Source of the DNA: a virus
Taxonomy: Duplodnaviria > Caudoviricetes
Reading direction: 5' to 3' (one strand)
Virus record (IMG/VR): IMGVR_UViG_3300032116_000274
Location: 1 to 53,490 of that record
DNA: 53,490 bases
Positions 45,576-53,490 of the stretch are shown here, piece by piece (within the stretch, counting starts at the first letter, position 1; each line of letters starts with the position of its first letter). The notes under the pieces are model-generated. The model worked only from the letters and a program-made list of their open reading frames with translations, was not told the origin of the DNA and made no database searches. A program made the position numbers and the translations under genes.

Positions 45576-47018
45576 GTGAAGGTTTTCAACGTTCGAGCTG
45601 GCTTTGCCACCAACAGCAGCAGTAGCCACAGCATTGTGATGATTCCTGCAGGGATGCGGGTTAGCACAGATGAGTATAACCGCTTTGAGTATGGCTGGGA
45701 ACAGTTCACGCTTGCTGACCAAGACAGCAAATCTGCTTACTTTGCTACTCAGCTCTACCATGCCCTGGATCGAGAAGGGGTAACTGGCGATACAGCAGTT
45801 CAGCTTATGAACACTTGGCTGGGGACAAACTACAGTTCAGATAGTTTTCACAGCTATGGTGTTGACCATCAAAGCATTTGGGGAATCTTCTCTGGACCTG
45901 ATCCTGTAAATGGCGAATTTGCCTGCAGCCTCTATCAGTATGTGATGCGAGACGATGTGGTGATCCTGGGCGGGAATGACAACAGCGAAGGGCAAACTCC
46001 TCCAACAGGCAGCTTCATCAACGAAGTAACTGATGCTATCCAGAACTCGGGTGAAAAACGGATTCGACAAGACGGTGTCTATTGGGCCCTGTTCAGTCCC
46101 AGCACTGGTCACAAGGTTCGGCTCAGCATGCATGATGATGCGCCAGCTTATGTGAAGAGCACTTACCCTGAGCTGGTCGACATTAAGCTGACCGACTATT
46201 GCGCCTACCGCTGTGAATGGTGTTACCAAGGCAGCACCAAACAGGGCAAGCACGGTGACATCCGGGACATCAAAAGCCTCGTGGATGTTTTCAGCAAGAT
46301 GGGCGTGTTTGAGATTGCATATGGTGGTGGCGAGACCACTGAGCATCCAGATTTTGCTGAGATCCTACGCTACACTGCCAGCAAAAACATTATACCCAAC
46401 TTCACCACCTTTGGTGTGAAGTGGAGTTTGGATGAAACAACAGCATTGGCGGTGGTGGAACATGCAGGTGCTATTGGCGTTTCTGTTCACCAAGCCAAAG
46501 ATCTCAACAAAATCCACAAGATCAGAGAAAATCTGGACCAAGCAATGAAAAACAGCGGCGCCGAGTATTGGGGCTTGCCGAGCATCATGGCACAGCATGT
46601 AGTGGGCAGTGTGGACCTGTCTGAAACTGCTGATCTCCTGGAACGTTGCTGGGAGGAAGGGGTGAATGTGCTCTTGCTGGGCTACAAAAACGTGGGCTTT
46701 GGGGCCAATGTCACTCCACATGATCTCACAGGACTGGACGTGGTCTTGAAGCTGCGACAGCAAAAGGATCGAGCACACTACAACACTCGCTTCAGCATGC
46801 TGGGTGTTGACACAGCCTTTGTTCAGCAGTTTGATCCGATCCTTGAGGAACTGGACATTCCCCGGGTGCTGAAAACGTCCGAAGAGGGCAAGTTCAGTAT
46901 GTATATCGACACAGTGCGTATGCAGCAAGGGCCCAGCAGCTATATGCCTGACCAAATGGTAGCAGTTGACAAAAGCAACCTGTTCAACAGCATCGCAGAA
47001 AATTACAAAGTTTGGTAG
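45576..47018 (+). CDS. Radical SAM protein fused to an N-terminal 'RxGFxTNSSSxHS' domain
   Basis: GTG start with RBS GAGAGG; VRAGFATNSSSSHS; CAYRCEWCY; GGGET; NFTT. Confidence 0.85.
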   Translation: MKVFNVRAGFATNSSSSHSIVMIPAGMRVSTDEYNRFEYGWEQFTLADQDSKSAYFATQLYHALDREGVTGDTAVQLMNTWLGTNYSSDSFHSYGVDHQSIWGIFSGPDPVNGEFACSLYQYVMRDDVVILGGNDNSEGQTPPTGSFINEVTDAIQNSGEKRIRQDGVYWALFSPSTGHKVRLSMHDDAPAYVKSTYPELVDIKLTDYCAYRCEWCYQGSTKQGKHGDIRDIKSLVDVFSKMGVFEIAYGGGETTEHPDFAEILRYTASKNIIPNFTTFGVKWSLDETTALAVVEHAGAIGVSVHQAKDLNKIHKIRENLDQAMKNSGAEYWGLPSIMAQHVVGSVDLSETADLLERCWEEGVNVLLLGYKNVGFGANVTPHDLTGLDVVLKLRQQKDRAHYNTRFSMLGVDTAFVQQFDPILEELDIPRVLKTSEEGKFSMYIDTVRMQQGPSSYMPDQMVAVDKSNLFNSIAENYKVW

Positions 47019-47025
47019 CCAAAAA

Positions 47026-47067
47026 GAAACCCTCTCAAGTTCGCTCGGGCTTGCTTGAGAGGGTTTC
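47026..47067. terminator. Terminator between convergent genes
   Basis: GAAACCCTCTCAAG / CTTGAGAGGGTTTC 14-bp stem with an A run on the left (T tail on the minus strand). Confidence 0.8.
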
Positions 47068-47103
47068 CAGAGTCCACTGCTTTACCAAGGCAGGGAAAAT
47101 TGG

Positions 47104-48048
47104 TTAGGTGTTGTTGACTTGCACAATAAGGTTATCAGCAGCCTCAAGGCTCCAAGGAGCATTGTCTCCGTCTTGATATACATAACTGCCTACCATGGCT
47201 TTTTGCACCAATACAGCAAGATGTGCGGTGAGCTTGGTCACGTAATAGGTGCTCCCATTGGCATCAGTTGCCAAGAGGTATGCTCCGCCAAACACTGGTG
47301 TGTCAGTTGTTCCCAATGTGCACAGAGTTTGGCCCTCAGTGGTTTCCATGATGTAGTTGTTATCGCCAGTTTGCTTGATGATGTCGGCTGGCAAAACAGT
47401 GCCACCGTCAATGGTAACAGCATATGGGGTGATGGCTGGTTCAGTTGTGCTGGTGAGAACTGCTGCACCAGTTGCTGTGGCTGTACCAGCACTGAAGGTG
47501 GGTAGAGCGTCTGCTACACTGATGTAACCGGAACCAGCTGTTGTAACACTTACCTCAAGCACTCGCCATGTGACATCAACACGAGCGTTGTTACCAGTTC
47601 CTCCATCGAGGCTGAGGTTGGTTGTATTGCTGCCCCCTGCTACTTTAGCTGGTAGTGCTGTGTAGGCACCTCTCACGCTGAGTGCTGTGAATGTAAGAAT
47701 GGCCCCAGGAGTTGGGTCTCCCGGTCCTGCAACTGAGGCAACTGCGATTTGAGCCTGCACTGTGTATGTGCCAGCTGTGGTGTCGCCCACCACACCGCCG
47801 CCACCAATCACCAGCACGTCACCTATTGCGTAGCCTCCACCAGCATTGTTGATGGTAACATCTCGCAGTTCCATAACCACACTGCCCACAGCTGAAACGC
47901 CGCCTGGTAATGCAGGAGGACTGAAGCTTACTGTTGGTAGGCTTGCATAATTTCCTTGTCCGGTGATTGTTACAGAGGCAACACTTTCGCCCCCAATGTT
48001 AGATGCAGCCAAGCTGCCAAAATATTTTTTGTTAAGTGGTCGTCCCAT
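47104..48048 (-). CDS. Probable virion structural protein (Gly/Thr/Ala-rich beta repeats)
   Basis: Starts MGRPLNKKYFG at 48048 (RBS AGGAG); repeats like VTI..AGxGY; perfect TATAAATA at 48136-48129. Confidence 0.75.
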   Translation of the reverse strand: MGRPLNKKYFGSLAASNIGGESVASVTITGQGNYASLPTVSFSPPALPGGVSAVGSVVMELRDVTINNAGGGYAIGDVLVIGGGGVVGDTTAGTYTVQAQIAVASVAGPGDPTPGAILTFTALSVRGAYTALPAKVAGGSNTTNLSLDGGTGNNARVDVTWRVLEVSVTTAGSGYISVADALPTFSAGTATATGAAVLTSTTEPAITPYAVTIDGGTVLPADIIKQTGDNNYIMETTEGQTLCTLGTTDTPVFGGAYLLATDANGSTYYVTKLTAHLAVLVQKAMVGSYVYQDGDNAPWSLEAADNLIVQVNNT

Positions 48049-48193
48049 TGCTCTTGGTCTCCTACGTGGCGTTCTAGGCCATACGGGGCGGGGTAACCCC
48101 ATAAAACTGCACCTGTTGCAGTTGCTGATATTTATATAGCTGCTTGAAACAACAGCAATTACCGCGTACAATCACACAAGATAAGGAACAGTT

Positions 48194-48709
48194 ATGGCAA
48201 AGGCAACAACAGCAAAAAGAAGTTACAAGCTTGATCTTATGGTTCTACTGGAAGCCATTGACAAAAAAGATCGTGGATTTTATGCAAACTTAACTGAAGA
48301 AGAGCGGAAGGGATTTGTTCCCAAAGTGGTAGTGCGTTGGCTTTCAGCAGTGCCTGACTCCAATCCTCTAAAAGAATACTTTGTTTTGGCAGCTAATGAT
48401 CTTGTCAACAATGGCATGTGGAACTTGGGCAAACATCCAGAGCTACAATACTTGCTCATGTGTGTTGCTGGTGTGGGGAAAAAGCAATATCATCAATGGA
48501 TCAGCACCAAATCTACTGGATCTAAAACACCAAAAACAGAAGCATTGCTGACTCAATTGTATGGTGACATAAATGAAACAGAAATGCTGATTTTGAAAAA
48601 CAACCACAGTGATCAAGAGTTGATGGAAATTGCCAAATACAGTGGGATGGACGACCGTGGTATCAAAGAGCTCAAAGAAGAACTCAAAAAAGCTTCCAAA
48701 GGCGATTGA
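48194..48709 (+). CDS. Possible clamp-loader small subunit (gp62-like)
   Basis: F.P...VRWLS...N.....HPELQY.L......K.YH.WI resembles T4 gp62; replication context. Confidence 0.5.
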   Translation: MAKATTAKRSYKLDLMVLLEAIDKKDRGFYANLTEEERKGFVPKVVVRWLSAVPDSNPLKEYFVLAANDLVNNGMWNLGKHPELQYLLMCVAGVGKKQYHQWISTKSTGSKTPKTEALLTQLYGDINETEMLILKNNHSDQELMEIAKYSGMDDRGIKELKEELKKASKGD

Positions 48710-49400
48710 TTTAAATCGCCCCCATTTTTGCACTTGGTGCCAAAAACAGTTTGCCAAAGAAACCACATTGGTGTCGCACAGTTGTGAGCCACGGCGCAGA
48801 AACGACGCCCAACACAACCCGGATGTTAAGTTGGGGTATGCCTCTTATTTGTTGTTTAACGAATTCACTACTCCCAAAAACACATTACGCCAGCACAAAA
48901 GTTACCAAGAGTTTTGTGCCAGTAGGCATTATGGTGAATTTGTGAGATTTGGCAGCTGGCTAATTGAGCAACAGGTGCAAGAGATTGAAACATATGTTCG
49001 TTGGCTCTTGAAAGAAAAAGTAGACTTCAAAAAATGGAGTGATGTAAATGCATACAAAAGTTTTTTGAGCGAACTATTGCATGATGAAACTCCTGAGATA
49101 GGCTTGCAGAGAAGTTTGAAGACTGTTCAAAAATGGACTGAAGAGCAGAATCAAAGCTTACAAGATTTTTGGAAACTGGTAAGCACAAATTTAGCTACAC
49201 AATGGATATCACAAGGCAAAATAAGTCCTTGGATGCTATATAATTGCAACAGCGCAGTGGAATTTTTGGAAAGGTGCAATTCTGAACAACTGGGTATTAT
49301 ACAAACAGTTGCGCCAGTGAAAAAATGGAAAGTAAGGCTACTGCGCCACAAACAACAAGCTGAGTTGATCAAAAGTGTATTGACAGAAGCTGGTATGTAG
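48630..49400 (+). CDS. Hypothetical protein with N-terminal zinc finger (start uncertain)
   Basis: CTWCQKQF......SHSC. Confidence 0.7.
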   Translation: MPNTVGWTTVVSKSSKKNSKKLPKAIDLNRPHFCTWCQKQFAKETTLVSHSCEPRRRNDAQHNPDVKLGYASYLLFNEFTTPKNTLRQHKSYQEFCASRHYGEFVRFGSWLIEQQVQEIETYVRWLLKEKVDFKKWSDVNAYKSFLSELLHDETPEIGLQRSLKTVQKWTEEQNQSLQDFWKLVSTNLATQWISQGKISPWMLYNCNSAVEFLERCNSEQLGIIQTVAPVKKWKVRLLRHKQQAELIKSVLTEAGM

Positions 49401-49409
49401 GAGAAATAC

Positions 49410-49724
49410 ATGAGTGAAAGAGTGAACTTGGATATGTATGGCAACGAAGAAACTGAAGCAGTTCCGCAACCTGTGTTGATCAGCAAAAACCGTGTTAGCT
49501 TAACCAGCTTTGGAAAAATGCAAAGCATGGAAGTTGATGGCAACCGAGTTTTGATTGCTGATCCACAATGGATTGAAGAGCTTGAACGAAAGGTGCAGCA
49601 AACCACACAAACTTGTGTTGATCTACACAATCGTTTGATTCGCGCAAACAGCAATTTGGCCAAGTTAACACAAAAAGTAGACATTTTGTCAAAGCAACTG
49701 GATAGGATCACAGGTGACAGCTAG
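49410..49724 (+). CDS. Hypothetical protein with C-terminal coiled coil
   Basis: RBS AGGAG and a heptad pattern. Confidence 0.75.
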   Translation: MSERVNLDMYGNEETEAVPQPVLISKNRVSLTSFGKMQSMEVDGNRVLIADPQWIEELERKVQQTTQTCVDLHNRLIRANSNLAKLTQKVDILSKQLDRITGDS

Positions 49725-50340
49725 CGCCATCCAATTTCTTGGTGATATTGACATTGACACCGGTGATCGCCGCAAGTTGCTCAATGCCGTACATCACATT
49801 CCTGCCAGCATTGTCAAGAACAGCAAATATTCTCCCCACAACAGTGGTGTATATTTTCATAATGTGCCTGTGCATCCATTTTTGGAATGTTGCAGCATTC
49901 CTTATGACGCGGCCGAAGAAAAAAATTGTTACAAAATTGACATACTCAACAACAGCATCTATCAAGGCGTTCAAAGTGAGGCACATTTACAAACTCTTGT
50001 CAACACCACGCCAATGTGGGAACTACTGGAACACGAAGAAGTAGTGAAGCAGTTGGCTCATATCAACAATCACTTTGATTTGGTTCGGCGTTTGAAACCA
50101 CAACGCACAGTTGAATTGGCAATGATTTTGGCTTTGATTCGTCCAGGCAAGAGACATTTAGTTAACAAATGCCAAAAACAAGGATGGCATAGCCTAGAGC
50201 CAGAAATCTGGCTACCTGATCCCAATCAAAACTACAGCTTCAAAAAATCACATGCTATCAGTTTGGCTGTGGCTATTCAAGTGCAACTGAACCTTCTGGT
50301 TGAAATAATTGCAAATGGCAGTTATAGTGTGCCTGCATAA
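49714..50340 (+). CDS. Miniature DNA polymerase III alpha (DnaE)-like protein
   Basis: DIDID, HNSGVY, KIDIL, LALIRPG and FKKSHA occur in DnaE order within 208 aa. Confidence 0.75.
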   Translation: MTASAIQFLGDIDIDTGDRRKLLNAVHHIPASIVKNSKYSPHNSGVYFHNVPVHPFLECCSIPYDAAEEKNCYKIDILNNSIYQGVQSEAHLQTLVNTTPMWELLEHEEVVKQLAHINNHFDLVRRLKPQRTVELAMILALIRPGKRHLVNKCQKQGWHSLEPEIWLPDPNQNYSFKKSHAISLAVAIQVQLNLLVEIIANGSYSVPA

Positions 50341-50352
50341 GGAGCAAAATCA

Positions 50353-50796
50353 ATGAGCAAGTCGCTTGAGTGGCAACACTCTGAAAACATGTTTGGCCAC
50401 ACATATCACCTCACTATTGGTGAAAACAGTGTATTGGTGCGAGAAAATCTGGAATCCAACTGGCTTGAAAATCAAAAAAAGTCAAGGAAAAGTTTTTGGT
50501 TTAGGGCGCCATCGGTTAGCCTAAGCGAACTAGGCACTACACTGAGTTTTCTGTCTGAACTAGACAACACTTATTTCTTGGAAGTTTTTGGTGATACTTC
50601 TGACAAGCTGAATGCCAGCCTCTATCTCAGTGATGAAACTGATGCTGCTACATTGGCTTGGACACTGACAGGCACTTGGATGAAATGGAGCAAGGCTGAA
50701 GAAAAAGAGCTCAAGATCAGGAAGCCAGCCAAAGTCAAGGTTGGTAAAAATGGCAAGGTAACAGTTAAGGTTCAGGTCACCTCTCTTGGAGATTGA
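50353..50796 (+). CDS. Hypothetical protein with Lys-rich tail
   Basis: RBS AAGGAG. Confidence 0.75.
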   Translation: MSKSLEWQHSENMFGHTYHLTIGENSVLVRENLESNWLENQKKSRKSFWFRAPSVSLSELGTTLSFLSELDNTYFLEVFGDTSDKLNASLYLSDETDAATLAWTLTGTWMKWSKAEEKELKIRKPAKVKVGKNGKVTVKVQVTSLGD

Positions 50797-51013
50797 TCTC
50801 TCTCTAGAGGAAATTCAGAACTCTTTGAACCAAATGATTGCAGGCGAGCCTTGGGATCTTGAAACGCGAAGCATGGTAAAAACTTGGTTGAAGTTGCAGG
50901 GTATTGACAATCTAGTTCCCTCAAACACACAGCCGGATGGCCAGATCAAAATAGCTATTGTGTTTGAGCGCAAGCTATATTTTTTGAACCTACAGCACAG
51001 TTCAAGTGGGTGA
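50786..51013 (+). CDS. Hypothetical protein
   Basis: Overlaps the upstream stop and fills the gap. Confidence 0.5.
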   Translation: MEIDLSLEEIQNSLNQMIAGEPWDLETRSMVKTWLKLQGIDNLVPSNTQPDGQIKIAIVFERKLYFLNLQHSSSG

Positions 51014-51367
51014 TTTCACCAACTGAACTGTGCGTTTTTTACCGCGTTTGTTCAGCAAGGTATCGAGGCTGGGCATAGGGCCACTCAATACAGTGACCTC
51101 TTTCCGTATAAATGTTTTCAAACAGCTTTTGAACGGTTTGAATCGGTCGCGCAAGAAAACATTGATGGGAATCAGCCTATTGCTGCCCCACCAGTATAGC
51201 TCTCCGCATTGAATGATTTCTTTCTTCTGCTGAATGCTCATGGTTTGATCAATAACATACATGTGTATCATTGCATTGTCAGCATTTTGAACGATGCCAG
51301 TATAATCTTTGTTGAGATAGCGGATTTCAGTTAAAAATGGCCATCTTTGTTGGGGCGTGTTTTCCAT
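51002..51367 (-). CDS. Hypothetical late protein
   Basis: TAAATA 7 nt before ATG; GELYWWGSNRLIPINVFL motif. Confidence 0.75.
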   Translation of the reverse strand: MENTPQQRWPFLTEIRYLNKDYTGIVQNADNAMIHMYVIDQTMSIQQKKEIIQCGELYWWGSNRLIPINVFLRDRFKPFKSCLKTFIRKEVTVLSGPMPSLDTLLNKRGKKRTVQLVKSPT

Positions 51368-51427
51368 CAGGAACTATTTAAGAACTCTCTAAATACATGC
51401 AAATCTTTTGTTGATGATGTTGGCCAA

Positions 51428-52249
51428 ATGAGCTTGATATATCTCTACAGTTACCGACTACCAGTTCAATTGAGCATGACTGATCATCGCGCCCCAAATT
51501 ACAATAGGCCCATGATAAATTACAACACAAAAATATACAAAAACAACTACAACATTATTGATTTTGTAGTGCGCAACAATGACCGTAGACCTGTGAAATT
51601 GGTGGACTGCCAACTCAGCATTGTTATTGAACATGCAGCCACACAAACCATCGTTTTGGAAAAAGCTTGCATCATAACCGATGAGATAAAAGGCCGAGCA
51701 CAAGTAGCTTTAACCAGTAGCGATACTGCCAATTGGAGTTTGGGAGGATATCGTTATCAAGTGAAGATCACCCGCCCGTATCAGAATCAAGAAATGCTCT
51801 ACACTGACATCAATAATTCCACAATAGGAGATTTTGACTTATTTGACAGCGTTGGTGGCACATTTATACCCAGCGTTGTGCTCAAAGGGTCTGAACTCAC
51901 CCCTATTACAGTGGACTGGGATGAAATGAAAGAATGGCTCCTTAGTGGAGCTATAAGAGCAGAAAACAGTGTGGGCAACAATACAGGGTTGTTTTCTGTG
52001 GCACTGTATCAAACACAATGGATGGGTACGTTCAAGATACAAGCTAGTTTGGAAAACCTAGCACCAACTGAACGCAGTTGGTTTTATGTGGATCTCAAAC
52101 CTGGTTTTGACCAAGACTATTTTGATGGCCTCAACAACAGTCTACGAAGTTACACATTTAGTGTAAATTGTCGATGGATACGATTTATTTGTATTCCTGA
52201 TCCAGTAAATCAAGGAACAATAGATAAAATACTCTACAAAATAAGCTGA
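51428..52249 (+). CDS. Probable virion protein with beta-sandwich domains
   Basis: Late promoter at 51390; beta-rich sequence (F.VRNNDRRPV.L; GTFKIQASL; WIRF). Confidence 0.6.
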   Translation: MSLIYLYSYRLPVQLSMTDHRAPNYNRPMINYNTKIYKNNYNIIDFVVRNNDRRPVKLVDCQLSIVIEHAATQTIVLEKACIITDEIKGRAQVALTSSDTANWSLGGYRYQVKITRPYQNQEMLYTDINNSTIGDFDLFDSVGGTFIPSVVLKGSELTPITVDWDEMKEWLLSGAIRAENSVGNNTGLFSVALYQTQWMGTFKIQASLENLAPTERSWFYVDLKPGFDQDYFDGLNNSLRSYTFSVNCRWIRFICIPDPVNQGTIDKILYKIS

Positions 52250-52268
52250 AAGCCAGCTATACTATTGC

Positions 52269-53288
52269 ATGAGTTTGATACACAGCTTGATCATGCAACA
52301 TCTGCCTATTCAGCGCAGAGTTACTCCCAAAGGCTGGATACTGCACAACGCTGTGTGTTGCAGTCACAGAGGACACAAACCTGACACTCGAATGCGTGGC
52401 AATCTCAGGATTTCTGAAGATGGTCAACTGGGTGTGCATTGTTTCAACTGCGGGTTTAAAACGAGATTCAATGGCTCACGACTAAGCAGCAGTTTTGAAC
52501 AATACTTGGACTGGTTGGGCGTTCCCCGATCCAGTGTTCAAAGTTTGAAAATGGAAATCTTACAAAAGCAACTGGATGGCGGCTTTGAGAATACAGAAGC
52601 AGCCAAAGCCAGTTTCCAAAAATTTCCCACAGTGGAATTGCCTGAGGATGCTCAGCCCATTCTCAGTTACCTAAATGATGACACAGTTGATCCAAGCTTG
52701 CTCAAAGTTGTTGAGTATATTGAGTCTCGGGGGGAAGACATAGCGTCTGGTTATGATTATTATTGGAGTCCCAGTAAAAAACATCAGTTAAGCAATAGGG
52801 TTTTGATACCATTTTATTCACACAACCAAATTGTGGGATGGACTGCTAGATATGCAGGCACAGCACCGCCAGGTGTGCCAAGATACTTCAACAGCACTAT
52901 TCCAGATGGATATTTGTTCAACAATGATGTTTTGGACATTCCAGGTCGTAAGTTTGCCATTTTGGTTGAAGGATCATTTGATGCCATTGCTGTGCAGGGT
53001 GTGGCTGCGCTGGGTAGTACTCTAAGTGAACAACAGATTTGGCAACTGGTGGGGCGAGAGAAGGAAACCATAGTGTTGCCAGATAGACAACGAAAAAATC
53101 AGGATTTGATTGACACTGCATTGACTTTTGGCTGGTATGTGAGCTTCCCAGAATGGGATGACGATGTAAAAGATGCTGCTGAGGCTTGCAAACGTTACGG
53201 GCAGCTCTACACCATTGCAAGTGTGATACAAAGCCGCACAAAAAACGATGTTGAGATTGGCATCAAAAGACAATTGTTTAGGGGATAG
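52269..53288 (+). CDS. DNA primase (gp61/DnaG-like)
   Basis: Zn-binding CC.H...HCFNCG, RVLIPF...VGWTAR, TOPRIM VEGSFDA, PD and KDAAE. Confidence 0.9.
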   Translation: MSLIHSLIMQHLPIQRRVTPKGWILHNAVCCSHRGHKPDTRMRGNLRISEDGQLGVHCFNCGFKTRFNGSRLSSSFEQYLDWLGVPRSSVQSLKMEILQKQLDGGFENTEAAKASFQKFPTVELPEDAQPILSYLNDDTVDPSLLKVVEYIESRGEDIASGYDYYWSPSKKHQLSNRVLIPFYSHNQIVGWTARYAGTAPPGVPRYFNSTIPDGYLFNNDVLDIPGRKFAILVEGSFDAIAVQGVAALGSTLSEQQIWQLVGREKETIVLPDRQRKNQDLIDTALTFGWYVSFPEWDDDVKDAAEACKRYGQLYTIASVIQSRTKNDVEIGIKRQLFRG

Positions 53289-53290
53289 CC

Positions 53291-53490
53291 TTGGCTGACG
53301 TGAAAGATTACAACGAAGACGTGCAAAAAATGCTTGTAAGCGTGCTCTTGAGTGACGAAGAGATTTACGCACGTTGCCAAAACATATTGCAGCCCAAATA
53401 TTTTGTGAACAAGCTGAGGCCTGTAATGCGTTTTGTGATTGATTTTGCAAACCAATATCGAGCATTGCCTAAGCCAGCACAATTGAGTGC
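53291..53490 (+). CDS. Replicative helicase (gp41/DnaB-like), 5' fragment
   Basis: Open frame from TTG 53291 to the edge: MADVKDYNEDVQKMLVSVLLSDEEIYARCQNILQPKYF...; directly follows primase. Confidence 0.7.
   Translation, partial: MADVKDYNEDVQKMLVSVLLSDEEIYARCQNILQPKYFVNKLRPVMRFVIDFANQYRALPKPAQLS

Noticed and set aside
1-53490. Alternative genetic code (stop-codon reassignment)
   Set aside because: Core genes are full length in code 11, and TAA, TGA and TAG all end genes at sensible positions.
1-53490. CRISPR array, tRNA or rRNA genes
   Set aside because: No regularly spaced repeat-spacer series and no cloverleaf with a T-loop was seen in the intergenic gaps; tRNAscan was not run.

Overview
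This is a ~53 kb segment of a large (jumbo-type) myovirus with T4-like core genes, read in the standard genetic code. Core genes include neck/tail proteins (gp13/14/15-like, a 1231-aa sheath, tube), a head-completion nuclease, terminase, SSB, UvsX/UvsY/UvsW, primase, the start of the replicative helicase, a dNMP kinase and a GH24 endolysin. Late genes follow a TAAATA promoter motif; accessory genes follow sigma70-type promoters. A Usg-like gene and a Zn-free bL33 suggest an alphaproteobacterial host (inference). The main accessory signals are: (1) a restriction-modification-like locus with a T5orf172/GIY-YIG-like nuclease-SF2 helicase split over two genes, two paralogous N6-adenine MTases with unrelated specificity regions, and a half-MTase; (2) three tandem T7 gp0.7-like protein kinases under a late promoter; (3) a bL33 + RlmN/Cfr-like pair in which the enzyme lacks the resolving Cys; (4) a CCA-type nucleotidyltransferase with an altered templating motif; (5) a 208-aa mini-DnaE; (6) a candidate four-way-junction ncRNA at 40.6-40.7 kb. 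Also present are an 80-bp direct repeat that builds a chimeric gene, an I-TevI-type RBS-sequestering hairpin, a Pho box and several apparently leaderless genes. All family assignments come from motif recognition by eye; no database search was run.
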